Below, piece by piece: positions 40,891-51,656 of a DNA stretch of 64,000 nt. Within the stretch, counting starts at the first letter, position 1; every line of letters starts with the position of its first letter. A program made the position numbers and the translations under genes. The notes beneath the pieces were generated by a model. That model made no database searches. It saw only the letters and a list, made by a program, of their open reading frames with translations, and had not been told where the DNA came from. The stretch is from an uncultured bacterium (lineage in GTDB: Bacteria > Oederibacteriota > PGYV01 > CAWJRG01): assembly GCA_963845185.1 (NCBI GenBank), contig CAWJRG010000001.1, forward strand, positions 270,806-334,805, in the 5' to 3' direction.

Positions 40891-41228
40891 AATTGCCTCC
40901 TTTAATGGCAAAAAATACTAGCTTATACTGGGTTGTTTTATTTCTGTCCTGAACTAAAATTTCACACCCAACACAATCTCGCTAAAGCGGCATATATCGT
41001 CCACGGTTATTTGTGGTATCTTATACTGGTTTTTCCGTTAATCAATATATTTTCATAATAACATAAATTAATTGTTTGTAAAGGATTTTCATTGCGGGCA
41101 ATATTGCCTTCCTCAAAAGAGGCATAAATCGGTTTTTTCAGCAGTTTTTGCAGATAAAATCATACAAAAACAGTTTATTTTTATTTATTATGGTTAAAAC
41201 AGGCGTGGGGACAAGATTTATTTTATTT

Positions 41229-41420
41229 TTAGCTGAACTTTGATTGCTTAATTTCTATTATACTGCCCATATTGCTATATTGATGGCCCTTTTTTACCCC
41301 GCCTTTATTTTTCGCTATATTTATCGCATCAAGTATACTTTTAGCTTCTATATATATTTTTTTCTCGTTATATTTTCCTGCTCCAATGTGTCCTTCTTTT
41401 ACTATACATTCAAAATTCAT
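41229..41420 (-). CDS. Small basic hypothetical protein (63 aa)
   Basis: RBS GGAGG; directly downstream of a sigma54 promoter. Confidence 0.65.
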   Translation of the reverse strand: MNFECIVKEGHIGAGKYNEKKIYIEAKSILDAINIAKNKGGVKKGHQYSNMGSIIEIKQSKFS

Positions 41421-41456
41421 AACCTAACCTCCATATTACTAATCAAACATAATAAA

Positions 41457-41473
41457 AGCAAGATTTATACCAG
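41457..41473 (-). promoter_or_regulatory. sigma54 (-24/-12) promoter
   Basis: CTGGTATAAATCTTGCT = GG-N10-GC with TTGC. Confidence 0.7.
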
Positions 41474-41524
41474 TATTGTCCCCCTTTATTTTTAAAGCAT
41501 TTCCTTAATTATCCATCGCAATTG

Positions 41525-41552
41525 TGTTAACCACGGTTAACAATATGTTAAC
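41525..41552. promoter_or_regulatory. Candidate enhancer (UAS) for the adjacent sigma54 activator
   Basis: TGTTAACC-ac-GGTTAACA palindrome; three GTTAAC at 41526, 41536, 41547. Confidence 0.6.
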
Positions 41553-41597
41553 TAAGACCGCCAATCACTTTTAAGCTCGCTATTTGGAATAAATAAA

Positions 41598-43421
41598 TTA
41601 CTTGATCCCTAATTTGGTCATTTTTTTCCATAAAGCAACTCTGCTTATTCCTAAAAACTTTGCCGCTTTTGTTTTTGAGTAATTTACACTTTTCAAAACT
41701 TCAATTATTTTCCCCTTTTCAGTGTCGTTTGCCCCGGCTTTATTCGGCTTATACTGCAATATCTCTTCGGGCAGGTATTCTAATTTTACCTCTTCGTCAT
41801 CATAAAGCGTCATGATCCTTTCAACTACATTTTCAAGCTGCCTCACATTACCCGGCCAGGAATATTTATAAAATGCCTCCAGCGCATCGTCTAAAAAACT
41901 TTGGAAATTTTTCCCATATTTTTCATTGAATTTTTTTAAAAAATGCTGCGCCAGTATTATTACATCTTTTCCCCTCTCTCGCAAAGGCGGCATGAAAACA
42001 GGCAATACATAAAGCCTGTAATATAAATCCTCCCTGAATTGTCCCTCGTCAACAAGCTTTTTTATATCCTTGTTTGTAGCGGCTATTATCCTCACGTCGA
42101 CTTTTTTTGTTTCTGTGCCGCCGACCCGTTCAAATTCCTTTTGTTGAACAAAACGCAAGAGTTTAACCTGCATGCCCTGGGTTATATCGCCTATCTCGTC
42201 AAGGAATACTGTCCCTTTATCTGCAAGTTCAAACCTTCCCGGCTTTGCGTTTACAGCACCGGTGAAAGCTCCTTTTTCATAACCGAATAATTCCGACTCC
42301 AAAAGAGTCTCAGGCAAAGCTCCGCAGTTAACCACAATAAAAGGTTTCTCATCCCTCTTGCTTAACTGGTGTATTGCCCTGGCAACAAGTTCTTTGCCGG
42401 TGCCGTTTTCCCCCTGGATTAATACTGTTGTATCAGTGCTGGCGGTCTTTATTATTATTTCTTTAACCTTTTTCATTTTATCCGACTCGCCTATAAAATC
42501 AATATTTATCTCACCTAGCATTTCCTTTTTTGCCACGTTCATTATGGAGCGCGAAAGGTTAAAAACAATATCCACTCCCCTTTCATATTTTAAAAATTCT
42601 TTGTAGTCATCTTTTACTTTGTCCTGCAACCCGCTTCTAACATATATTATGCCCAAATTATGTATGGCATCCTGATTGTCCGAGTTCAATATGATTGCCT
42701 TTTTAAACATATTTATCGCTTCTTCAATAAGCCCTTTACGGAAGAAACAAAGCCCAATATCATTGTAAAGATATGATTTTCTAAAATAGTCGCGGCTGTT
42801 ATTTATCGCTTTCTGGTAATATTTCATTGCCTCGTCGTAATTATCCTGCTTAAAATATATATCACCCAGATTTGCATTCGCAAGCTCGTTTCCCGCGTCG
42901 CTCTCCGTCACGTTTTTAAAATACTTTATTGAATTTTCTATTTTATCCAGACTTTTATATAAAACGCCGAGATAAAGGTATATGTCTATAAAAAAAACTT
43001 TTTTATTGCTGTACCTTTCGGAGTAAATCATGCTTTTTTTAAAATCAATATCCTGTTTTAATATTGCTTCCATGTATTTTATGGCTTCGCCAAATTCGTT
43101 CCCGTTTAAATGTATAAGCGCAAGGTTAAAGTTTGCGTCCCATTCCCTTTTTTCATTTTTAATTTTCAGGTACGCTTCCTTCGCGTCATTATAATTGCCT
43201 GTAATAAAATTCGCATCGCCCCTTATTTTATTTATCAGGTTTTTATCCCCGGCTTCGTTGCCTATATTTTTAAGTTTGTTCAATATAATACTGTATCTTT
43301 TATTTTTAAAATCATTTGTTATATCGGCAACAACATTTTTGCCATTTTCCACTTTAGCCCCGCACTCTTTGCAGTATTTCGTGTCATCATTTACTTTTTT
43401 TCCGCAGTTTTCACAGTACAT
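41598..43421 (-). CDS. sigma54-dependent activator: zinc ribbon + TPR + AAA+ + Fis HTH
   Basis: CxxC-CxxC N-terminus; TPRs; [43 protein letters not shown]. Confidence 0.92.
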   Translation of the reverse strand: MYCENCGKKVNDDTKYCKECGAKVENGKNVVADITNDFKNKRYSIILNKLKNIGNEAGDKNLINKIRGDANFITGNYNDAKEAYLKIKNEKREWDANFNLALIHLNGNEFGEAIKYMEAILKQDIDFKKSMIYSERYSNKKVFFIDIYLYLGVLYKSLDKIENSIKYFKNVTESDAGNELANANLGDIYFKQDNYDEAMKYYQKAINNSRDYFRKSYLYNDIGLCFFRKGLIEEAINMFKKAIILNSDNQDAIHNLGIIYVRSGLQDKVKDDYKEFLKYERGVDIVFNLSRSIMNVAKKEMLGEINIDFIGESDKMKKVKEIIIKTASTDTTVLIQGENGTGKELVARAIHQLSKRDEKPFIVVNCGALPETLLESELFGYEKGAFTGAVNAKPGRFELADKGTVFLDEIGDITQGMQVKLLRFVQQKEFERVGGTETKKVDVRIIAATNKDIKKLVDEGQFREDLYYRLYVLPVFMPPLRERGKDVIILAQHFLKKFNEKYGKNFQSFLDDALEAFYKYSWPGNVRQLENVVERIMTLYDDEEVKLEYLPEEILQYKPNKAGANDTEKGKIIEVLKSVNYSKTKAAKFLGISRVALWKKMTKLGIK

Positions 43422-43422
43422 T

Positions 43423-43875
43423 TTATCTTCCCTTTTTTAATTTCTCTTCTTTTATCCAGCGCACGCGCTGTTCGGCAATTCCTGCAATTTTGGGATTGTC
43501 TTTGTATTTGGGGATTAATTGTTCATAAATTTCAGCCGCTTCCTGCCATTTTTCCTCTTTTTCTTTGTCGTAACCATTCCTGAATTCCTTTTCAAATTCA
43601 ACAAGTTTTTTTCTTTCCTCTTCTACAATATGCGTGGTAAAAAGGTGACCAAGTTCCGTAAAAAATGATATAAGAAGTATATTAACAAAATAAATAGGAA
43701 AAATACCGGCAAGTAATAGGCTTAATACGGTAAGTAATCCCCATTCTTCCTTTTTCAGGAGGGTTTTGGGCACATTGATAAATTGGTCTTTATTCTTTAG
43801 GTTATTTATTATGCTTTCTATATCTGTATACTTTAATTCTTGTTCTTTAGTTTTTTCTTCTTTTCTACTGACCAT
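43423..43875 (-). CDS. Hypothetical membrane protein with TPR-like C-terminus
   Basis: Hydrophobic segment then W.EA..IYEQLI..Y; coupled to activator gene. Confidence 0.6.
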   Translation of the reverse strand: MVSRKEEKTKEQELKYTDIESIINNLKNKDQFINVPKTLLKKEEWGLLTVLSLLLAGIFPIYFVNILLISFFTELGHLFTTHIVEEERKKLVEFEKEFRNGYDKEKEEKWQEAAEIYEQLIPKYKDNPKIAGIAEQRVRWIKEEKLKKGR

Positions 43876-43888
43876 AAATCGAACTCCT

Positions 43889-44953
43889 TTACATATACTT
43901 TCCGAAAATATTATACATTAAATCATCTTTGATAGGAATATGTATTTTTTCTTTAGCTTTTATTTTAAGGTAAAATTCGTATAATGCGTGCAATTCAGCT
44001 TTTTTTATTCCGAAATTCGAGAATCTTTTAGGAATGTCAATTATTTCAAAAATAGATTCGATCTCCGCGAGATTCTTTTTATTTTTAAGCAATGATTCCT
44101 GGATAATCAGTCCCATTGCCACATGCTCGCCGTGTAAAAATTGTCGCGATGCGGATATCGAAGTCATAGCGTATGATATTGCGTGCGCTACAGAAGATGT
44201 AACTGAATATCTGCCGAGTGTTGATACCATACCTGATAATACTATATTTATATCCGCAATTTCCTTTTTAACAAGTCCGTCTGCTTTTATCCACTTTTTT
44301 AACAATATTGATTTAAGCCTTTTATATAAAAATTTTGCCATATCATAAACTACTTCATCCATTAATCGTAACTTTTTTTCATATTTTCTAAAAGCCACAA
44401 TCTCATAATATTTAGCAAGTGTGTCCGCCACGCCAGCCGCAAAAAAAGCAGCGGGTACTTTGTTGAATATTTCGTAATCAATTAAAAGATAATCCGCGGT
44501 AGGCACGTCAATGGTATCCATATAAGAATGATTTTCATTATAAACAACGCTAACAGCTGTAAAAGCTGCGCATGTGGCGCATGATGTCGGGACAAGGATT
44601 AATTTAATATTTTCGAATCCGCTTTTTATTATCTTGGCAATATCCATGGTTTTGCCTCCGCCCATGGCCATTATCTGTTTTATGCCCTTCTCAGTAACTA
44701 TTTTTTTTATCCTATAAATTTCAGATGGGCATACTTCTCCTTTAAAAAGAACTTCGTTTATTTCGTTAGAGATTTTACAGCCGTAGGTTTTCATTATGTA
44801 TGAATCGGCTATTAGAACGGCTTCTTGCGGATTTGTAATGATTTTATTTATTTCCCCTAGTATCCCGTCGCCCTTAATGATTTTAAAGGGTGATAAAAAA
44901 TATTCTTCATATTCTGGCGTAAATGAAATATTTCTTAAATGAAAATATTTCAT
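43889..44953 (-). CDS. Glycerol dehydrogenase-like (iron-containing ADH superfamily) protein
   Basis: GGGKTMD.AK, PT..ATCAA, G.ADTLAK, AHA, HGE.V. Confidence 0.8.
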   Translation of the reverse strand: MKYFHLRNISFTPEYEEYFLSPFKIIKGDGILGEINKIITNPQEAVLIADSYIMKTYGCKISNEINEVLFKGEVCPSEIYRIKKIVTEKGIKQIMAMGGGKTMDIAKIIKSGFENIKLILVPTSCATCAAFTAVSVVYNENHSYMDTIDVPTADYLLIDYEIFNKVPAAFFAAGVADTLAKYYEIVAFRKYEKKLRLMDEVVYDMAKFLYKRLKSILLKKWIKADGLVKKEIADINIVLSGMVSTLGRYSVTSSVAHAISYAMTSISASRQFLHGEHVAMGLIIQESLLKNKKNLAEIESIFEIIDIPKRFSNFGIKKAELHALYEFYLKIKAKEKIHIPIKDDLMYNIFGKYM

Positions 44954-47073
44954 TTGCCTTTATCGTTACCTTGCTCCCTTAATGCTTCTTTTCGTGAAAG
45001 CTGTATCCTGTTGTTTTTCTCGTCAATGCCGAGTACTTTTACCATGACTTCGTCGCCTTCTTTTAAATAATCCGTTACCTCTTTTACACGCTCTTCTGCT
45101 ATCTGCGATATATGCACCATTCCGTCAACTCCCGGCATTATTTCAACAATTGCTCCAAAATTAAGTATACGCGTGACTTTGCCCATATAAATTTTTCCTA
45201 CTTCCGCCGTAGCTGTCGCTTCCTTTATAAGCTCAATTGTCTGCTCCATCACTTTGCCGTCGGAAGCAAAAATCCTGACTGTACCGTCCTGCTCTATGTC
45301 GATTTTCGCGCCTGTCTGCTCTACTATCCTTTTTATATTCTTTCCGCCTGGCCCAATTAAATCCTTTATGCGCTCCTTATTTATAGGGAATATTGTCATT
45401 TTGGGCGCATAAGGGGATAATTCTTTTCTTGGTTCTGCAATTGCTGTTTTCATTTTATCAAGAATAAACAATCTCGCATCTTTTGCTTTGGCAAGCGCAT
45501 GTTTCATTATTTCAATAGATAATCCCTTTATTTTTATATCCATCTGTATCGCGGTTATGCCGTCTCTTGTCCCGGCGATTTTAAAATCCATGTCCCCAAA
45601 ATGGTCCTCTAATCCCTGTATGTCGGTGAGTATAATAAAATTTTCGTCTTCTTTAATTAGGCCCATTGCAATACCAGCTACAGGCTTAGTAATAGGTACG
45701 CCCGCATCCATAAGCGACAACGTCCCGCCGCATACCGAAGCCATTGAGGATGAGCCGTTTGACTCAAGAATATCCGAAACTACCTGGATTGTATATGGAA
45801 ACGTTTCCTTTGAAGGTATAACGCATCTTAAAGCCCTCTCTGCAAGGACTCCATGTCCAACCTCGCGCCTGCCAGGACCTCGCAAAGGTTTCACCTCACC
45901 CACTGAAAATGGTGGAAAATTGTATTGAAGCATGTAATGTTTCAATGATTCGCCTTCAAGTTCATCAAGCATCTGCGCGTCTTCCTCCGAGCCCAGTGTT
46001 GTAGCCACAAGCGCCTGAGTCTGTCCCCTTGTAAATAAGGCCGAACCGTGTACACGCGGAAGTACGCCCACCTCGCAGGTAATTGGCCTTATCTCATCAA
46101 ATTTTCTTTCATCAAGCCTAATACGTTCCTTGTTGATTTTGTCCCTTACAATCTTTACTTCTATTTCCTCAATCACCATATTTATGTCTTTTTCTTTTTC
46201 TTCGTATGCTTCCTCGCCTAAATCTTGTTTCATTTTTTCGTCTATATCTTTCTTTATCAAGTCTATACTTTCCTGCCTTTTAATTTTATCTTTAATCTTA
46301 TATGCTTCTTCAAATTTTATTCTTGTTAGCGATTCCACTTTCTCCTTTACTGTCTTATCGACCTGATGTAATACAACTTCCATTTTTGGTTTGCCGCATT
46401 TTGTCTTGAATTTTTCAATGAAAGCTGTTATTTTTTTTATTTCCTCATGCGCAAGCACAATTATTTCCGCCATTTCCTCTTCTGATATTTCCTTTGCTTC
46501 TCCCTCTATCATGGCCACGGCGTCTTTTGTGCCTGCTACTACTATATTTAAATCGCCGTTGTCTATTTCGTCATTTGTTGGATTGACTATTAGTTGACTA
46601 CCGCATTTGCCTATTCTTACCGCGGCAAGAGGGCCGTCAAAAGGTATGGAAGATATATCAATGGCGACAGCCGAACCTATTATGCCCAATATATCCGGGC
46701 TGTTCTGCATATCGGCAGAAAGTACGGTGGTTATAATCTGCACTTCGTTTAAAAAGCCTTCAGGAAATAAAGGCCTTATTGGCCTGTCTATAAGCCTAGA
46801 CGTCAGGGTCTCTTTTTCCCTCGGTTTTCCCTCGCGTTTAAAAAAACCACCTGGTATTTTTCCCGATGCGTAAAATTTTTCCCTATATTCCACGGTAAGC
46901 GGAAAAAAATCAGTGCCTTCTTTCGGTTCCTTTGATGCACATGCTGTAGCAAGAATCATTGTTTCGCCGCAGCTTACGACAACCGCGCCGTCTGCCTGTT
47001 TCGCCAGTTTCCCTGTTTCAAATACCAGTTTTTTTCCTGCTATTATTATTTCTTCTTTGACGTATTTGTCCAT
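44950..47073 (-). CDS. pnp: Polyribonucleotide nucleotidyltransferase
   Basis: GKIPGGFFKREG, SRLIDRPIRPLF, ESNGSSS, GDMDFK, KH and S1 domains. Confidence 0.98.
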   Translation of the reverse strand: MDKYVKEEIIIAGKKLVFETGKLAKQADGAVVVSCGETMILATACASKEPKEGTDFFPLTVEYREKFYASGKIPGGFFKREGKPREKETLTSRLIDRPIRPLFPEGFLNEVQIITTVLSADMQNSPDILGIIGSAVAIDISSIPFDGPLAAVRIGKCGSQLIVNPTNDEIDNGDLNIVVAGTKDAVAMIEGEAKEISEEEMAEIIVLAHEEIKKITAFIEKFKTKCGKPKMEVVLHQVDKTVKEKVESLTRIKFEEAYKIKDKIKRQESIDLIKKDIDEKMKQDLGEEAYEEKEKDINMVIEEIEVKIVRDKINKERIRLDERKFDEIRPITCEVGVLPRVHGSALFTRGQTQALVATTLGSEEDAQMLDELEGESLKHYMLQYNFPPFSVGEVKPLRGPGRREVGHGVLAERALRCVIPSKETFPYTIQVVSDILESNGSSSMASVCGGTLSLMDAGVPITKPVAGIAMGLIKEDENFIILTDIQGLEDHFGDMDFKIAGTRDGITAIQMDIKIKGLSIEIMKHALAKAKDARLFILDKMKTAIAEPRKELSPYAPKMTIFPINKERIKDLIGPGGKNIKRIVEQTGAKIDIEQDGTVRIFASDGKVMEQTIELIKEATATAEVGKIYMGKVTRILNFGAIVEIMPGVDGMVHISQIAEERVKEVTDYLKEGDEVMVKVLGIDEKNNRIQLSRKEALREQGNDKGK

Positions 47074-47076
47074 TAT

Positions 47077-47346
47077 CTATTTTCTAATCTTCAGTTTGTC
47101 GATAAGTTTCTGATACCTGTCGTAATCGCTTGCTTTTACGTATTCAAGCAGGCGTCTTCTCCTGCTGACCATTCTGAAAAGCCCCTGGCGTGAGCTTGAA
47201 TCCTTTTTATTTTTTTTCAGATGTTCTGTCAGGTAGTTTATTCTTTCCGTCAGTAAGGCGACCTGTACTTCAGGCGAACCTGTATCTTTTTCGTGCGTCT
47301 TGAAATTTCCGATCAATTCGGTCTTCCTTTCTTTCACTAAAGCCAT
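47077..47346 (-). CDS. rpsO: 30S ribosomal protein S15
   Basis: [16 protein letters not shown]; upstream of pnp. Confidence 0.98.
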   Translation of the reverse strand: MALVKERKTELIGNFKTHEKDTGSPEVQVALLTERINYLTEHLKKNKKDSSSRQGLFRMVSRRRRLLEYVKASDYDRYQKLIDKLKIRK

Positions 47347-47516
47347 TTTCTTGCTCCTTTCATTGATTTAAAATAAATCTGCCGGAGTCACGTCGGCTAT
47401 TCTGATAACCCCAGCTAAGATTTTAAGGCAGAACTCACAATAGCATAATTAAAAATGTTTGTAAAGTATTTTTGTTTGTCTTATTGCTTCGTTTTTCCAG
47501 ACAAATAAACTGCCAT

Positions 47517-48548
47517 TTATATCCACTTTTTTATTTTCTCAAGAACCATCTCTGGCGTTATATGCTGCATGCATCCGCCTTTTTCGCAATCGGGTTTATG
47601 GCATGGCCTGCAGTCAACATCCGCAGCCAGTACTATATTATTATCGTCAACAAAAGCCCACCCTTTGTCATTGCTCGGCCCAAAAATACCAATTGTCCTT
47701 ACGCCAAGCGCTACGGCCATGTGTCTCACTGCTCCGTCATTGGCGATAAGAAAATCGCCGTATGATAAAATTGCTGCCAGGGCCCGCAAACCGTCTCCAG
47801 GAATAATATAAACGTTTCCGTAATTTTCCAGTTCTTTGAGGAATTCTGAGGCGTCGTCCGGACTTTTCAGCACAACCATTTTTGCATCCGGATAACTTTG
47901 CCGTATCATGCTTATCAGTTTTTTCCAGTGACTGTCCGGCCATCTCTTTATTTCCCATTTGCTTGAAACGCATAGCATTATCTTTTTACCGGACATATTT
48001 ATGCCGTTGGCTTCGTAGAATTTCCGGCCATATTCTTTTTCTTTTTGCGTGAGGCTCATAAAAATCCTGTTGTCTATCTGCTCAAAGTTGCCAAGCGGTT
48101 TTACAAGCGCCAGGTGCCTTTTTATCACATACCAATCCCCATCCGTGTAATCGACTCTGGTCCCGTAAAACATATTATATAATTCCCTTCTCTTATCCCT
48201 TATAAGATGCCCTATTTTCATGCTTGCTTTTATCATAAAAGAAAAATATACCGAATAATAACTGCTTTCAAAATCAATAAAATAGTCGTATTTTATATTC
48301 CCAAAATTTTTCTTAAAAAATTCCCTCATTAATAACGGCCTTAAAAACTTTGGAACCCGGGTGTTTTCTTCTGGCAGGTAAAATACTTTATCTATATATT
48401 GGTTGTTTTCAAGCACCGGAGCCGCCTTGTGCCCGGCAAGATAGTGAATCACAGCATCCGGAAGCAAATCCCGGGTTTTTTTGACTGTAGCTGTTGTCAG
48501 CAGCACGTCGCCTATGGCCCCTATCCTGAAAAAAAGTATTTTAATCAT
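47517..48548 (-). CDS. GT9 glycosyltransferase (LPS heptosyltransferase-like)
   Basis: AIGDVLL, KRWP, ND...HMAVALG, IFGP, C.PC....C...C. Confidence 0.85.
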   Translation of the reverse strand: MIKILFFRIGAIGDVLLTTATVKKTRDLLPDAVIHYLAGHKAAPVLENNQYIDKVFYLPEENTRVPKFLRPLLMREFFKKNFGNIKYDYFIDFESSYYSVYFSFMIKASMKIGHLIRDKRRELYNMFYGTRVDYTDGDWYVIKRHLALVKPLGNFEQIDNRIFMSLTQKEKEYGRKFYEANGINMSGKKIMLCVSSKWEIKRWPDSHWKKLISMIRQSYPDAKMVVLKSPDDASEFLKELENYGNVYIIPGDGLRALAAILSYGDFLIANDGAVRHMAVALGVRTIGIFGPSNDKGWAFVDDNNIVLAADVDCRPCHKPDCEKGGCMQHITPEMVLEKIKKWI

Positions 48549-49615
48549 CTTTGTTCCTCTATATATTTTTTTAATTTTTTAGCTATATTTTGCCAGTAAA
48601 AATTCTTTATCTGGAATTTTCCGGCTTTTCCCATCGCCTGTTCGTAATTATTATATACGGATACCAGCTTGACCACAAGGTCGTTAAAATCAGGCTCTGA
48701 CATAACAGCATTTTTTGAATTATTATCATACTGCACCAAGCCTGCTGCAACAAGCTTATATTTCAATAATTCGGAGTTTGCTTCATTTAAAAAATCTGTA
48801 TGGCCTCCCCATCCTGTCGCTATCACCGGTATACCGCATGCCAGCGCCTCAAGATAAACCATTCCAAATCCTTCGGCCCTGCTTGGCAGCACAAAACATT
48901 TGGCGCTCCTGTACAGTTTGCCCATCTGCTCTTCCGTATATTCAGCAATAATAAACCTTATATTTTTGTGTTTCTTGTATTTTTCAATAACAATATCATC
49001 ATATTTACTCTTCCCCGGTGAATAAGACAGTTTTGCAATGAGTTCAACATCCTTTTTATCTTTAAAAGCTTCTAAAAACGCCGCCAGCAATATATCCAGC
49101 CCTTTTCTTTTTTGTGGCATGGCTATTGTCAAAAACCGGAAAATATTAGAAGTGTTACGTTCCTGTAGCGGAGTTTTAAAATAATATTCTTGATTTATGC
49201 CATGGGGCAATACCCTGATAATTTCCGGTTTGACGCCAGCGGCTAAAAATATTTCTTTATTAAAAACACTTGGGACAAAAAGCAAATCAAGATACTTATT
49301 TATATTATCTGCCCACTCACTTGGAAGTACTGTTGTCTCATAAACAAGCATTCCATATCTCTTGCTGCTTTTTATCAATTTGTAATTCAACGGGTATTCA
49401 AAAGTCAAGGTATCATCAGAAATAAATTTGTTTGATATTGATTCTTCTAGTTCTTTATCAAGCTTGAAACTTTTATTATATCTAAAACCTTTACGTTCAT
49501 AAATATGCGTTTTAATATTACGCTTAATTAATCCTAATATAATTTCCCTACCCACTTTTGCCCAGCTTACAGGGGAGCGCAATAATCCAAAATAATTCAA
49601 TTCTAATTTATCCAT
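48545..49615 (-). CDS. GT4 glycosyltransferase
   Basis: RKG.D.LL.AF, FVLPSRAEGFG...LEALACG.PVI. Confidence 0.88.
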   Translation of the reverse strand: MDKLELNYFGLLRSPVSWAKVGREIILGLIKRNIKTHIYERKGFRYNKSFKLDKELEESISNKFISDDTLTFEYPLNYKLIKSSKRYGMLVYETTVLPSEWADNINKYLDLLFVPSVFNKEIFLAAGVKPEIIRVLPHGINQEYYFKTPLQERNTSNIFRFLTIAMPQKRKGLDILLAAFLEAFKDKKDVELIAKLSYSPGKSKYDDIVIEKYKKHKNIRFIIAEYTEEQMGKLYRSAKCFVLPSRAEGFGMVYLEALACGIPVIATGWGGHTDFLNEANSELLKYKLVAAGLVQYDNNSKNAVMSEPDFNDLVVKLVSVYNNYEQAMGKAGKFQIKNFYWQNIAKKLKKYIEEQR

Positions 49616-49659
49616 TTATTTTTTATCCCGATTTTCATTTGAATTCTTAACTTTAATCT

Positions 49660-50883
49660 TTATAAATGCAGTAAATGCCCGAGTTTTATCTTTTTAGTTT
49701 CAAGATATTTCTTGTTTATTTCATTCGGCTCTATTTCTATAGGCAATCTTTCTATTATTTCAAGTCCATGGCCTTTAAGCCCTATCACTTTTTTGGGATT
49801 ATTAGTAAGAAGCTTTATTTTTGTTACCCCAAGGTCTGCCAGTATCTGGGCTCCTATGCCGTAGTCCCTCAGATCTGCTGGAAAGCCTAAAGCCTCGTTA
49901 GCTTCTACTGTATCAAGCCCTTTTTCTGTCTGGAGTTTATATGCCTTGATTTTATTGACAAGCCCTATGCCTCTGCCTTCCTGTCGCATATACACAAGCA
50001 CGCCTTTGCCTTCTTTTGCTATCATTTCCATGGCTGCATGGAGTTGAGCCCCGCAGTCACATTTTAGCGAACTAAAAATATCGCCAGTGAGGCATTCGGA
50101 ATGCACTCTTACAAGCACAGGTTCTCCTTTTTTTATCTCTCCTTTAACAAAAGCAAGATGTAATTTCTTATCAATCTTATCCTCATATAGATGAAGTCTA
50201 AAATCTCCATATGGTGTGGGCAGCATTGTATCAACAATATGTTCAATCAATATTTCAGTTTTCCTTCTATACCTTATTATTTCTTCTATCGTTAAAATTT
50301 TAAAATCATGCTTTTTTGCAAATTCTATCAATTGTGGCATCCTTGCCATTGTTCCGTCGTCATTCATTATTTCGCAAATAACCCCGGCATAAACAGACGC
50401 GCCTGAGAATTTCGCAATATCAACTGCAGCTTCAGTATGCCCTGCTCTCTCAAGAACTCCTCCAATTTTTGCTTCAAGCGGAAATATATGCCCCGGCTTA
50501 ATAAAATCAGAAGGTTTTGCATTTTTATTCACCGCTTTTAATATAGTTATTACCCTGTCGCCAGCTGATATGCCGGTGGTAATGCCTTCTTTTGCGTCTA
50601 TTGCTAATGTAAATGCTGTCCTGTGTTTGTCTGAATTTTCATCAATTATTGGTTCCAAATTTAATTTTTCTGTTTGGGTTTTATCCATTGCCAGACATAT
50701 CAGTCCCCCGCCCTGCTTTGCCATAAAAGCTATGTGCTCTGAATTTACTTTTTCAGCAAGACATACAAGGTCTCCCTCGTTTTCCCTGCTTTCATCGTCA
50801 ACAACTATAATCATTTTTCCGGCTTTAAAATCCGGCAGTATTTCTTCTACTGTAGACAATTTGAATTCAGTCATCCTTTGCAA
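49660..50883 (-). CDS. ribBA: Bifunctional DHBP synthase / GTP cyclohydrolase II
   Basis: [44 protein letters not shown]. Confidence 0.96.
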   Translation of the reverse strand: MQRMTEFKLSTVEEILPDFKAGKMIIVVDDESRENEGDLVCLAEKVNSEHIAFMAKQGGGLICLAMDKTQTEKLNLEPIIDENSDKHRTAFTLAIDAKEGITTGISAGDRVITILKAVNKNAKPSDFIKPGHIFPLEAKIGGVLERAGHTEAAVDIAKFSGASVYAGVICEIMNDDGTMARMPQLIEFAKKHDFKILTIEEIIRYRRKTEILIEHIVDTMLPTPYGDFRLHLYEDKIDKKLHLAFVKGEIKKGEPVLVRVHSECLTGDIFSSLKCDCGAQLHAAMEMIAKEGKGVLVYMRQEGRGIGLVNKIKAYKLQTEKGLDTVEANEALGFPADLRDYGIGAQILADLGVTKIKLLTNNPKKVIGLKGHGLEIIERLPIEIEPNEINKKYLETKKIKLGHLLHL

Positions 50884-50939
50884 TCTCCATTTTTAATATT
50901 AGAATAAAATTCTTACTGTATTGCTTATTATAACTCATC

Positions 50940-51425
50940 TCAAGAATACATATCCACCAACATGCCCCTGATTTTATCAAGCGCAGACAATATTTCTATT
51001 GTTTCGGCGTGCTGATTTAAAATCTTCTGTGTGAGTTTTTCAAGTTCTACATCGACCATTTCAACCATGATGTAAACTTTTTTTCGTTTTATCATGAACT
51101 TGGAACTATCCGAAACTTTCACGCTGTATATTTTTTGTATCGCCTGTTTCATAAAATCTTTGACAAGGGTCTTGTACTTGTTAAGTTCGTCAAAAGTCCT
51201 GTGTTCCGCTAGTATCTTTGCCTGTTGGGAAAGTTCTTCTATGAGTTGGTCCAACGACTTTTTTACCTGTTCCTCGGTCGCATCGTCCAACTCTTTTAAA
51301 AAATTCATCGGATTCACTTTATCCCTTGCTATTTCGTGCGGAGCTCTTTTTGAACTCGACTTTTTTGCCTTGCCTATATTCAATTTATTGTCGCCGTATT
51401 GCCCTGACGGCTCATATATTTTCAT
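50940..51425 (-). CDS. YaaR/DUF327 family protein
   Basis: YK.LVKDF, VD.ELE.L, IRGMLVDMYS; start re-called to ATG 51425 behind AAGGAG. Confidence 0.75.
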   Translation of the reverse strand: MKIYEPSGQYGDNKLNIGKAKKSSSKRAPHEIARDKVNPMNFLKELDDATEEQVKKSLDQLIEELSQQAKILAEHRTFDELNKYKTLVKDFMKQAIQKIYSVKVSDSSKFMIKRKKVYIMVEMVDVELEKLTQKILNQHAETIEILSALDKIRGMLVDMYS

Positions 51426-51534
51426 GATTAAACTCTCCTTTTTAATGAATTTGTCCCGGGACTTGCCAGGGCCTTCCCTTTCCCTTCTCTGAAAAGGCTT
51501 GTCAAGCACAAATCCAAGTATAAGGGCTAAAATG

Positions 51535-51656
51535 TTAATTAACCTTCTCTTCGCCGCAGTTCTTTTCACCCGGCATTATAACAAATCAAATTAAGGCCCT
51601 CTAACCTCTCCCACAGCCCAGAAGATTTACTGACTCAGGGGAAAACAGAGCGGCCT
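51535..51656 (-). ncRNA. Predicted bridge/seek RNA of the IS element
   Basis: Two stem-internal-loop-stem units; first loop carries TTTCCCCT and TGGGAGA matching the reconstructed target. Confidence 0.6.

Noticed and set aside
40922..41029. 10-bp direct repeat CTTATACTGG
   Set aside because: Only two copies in AT-rich DNA, no supporting structure
51426..51569. ORF-track 48-aa N-terminal extension of YaaR
   Set aside because: Runs through the IS right end; good RBS precedes ATG 51425
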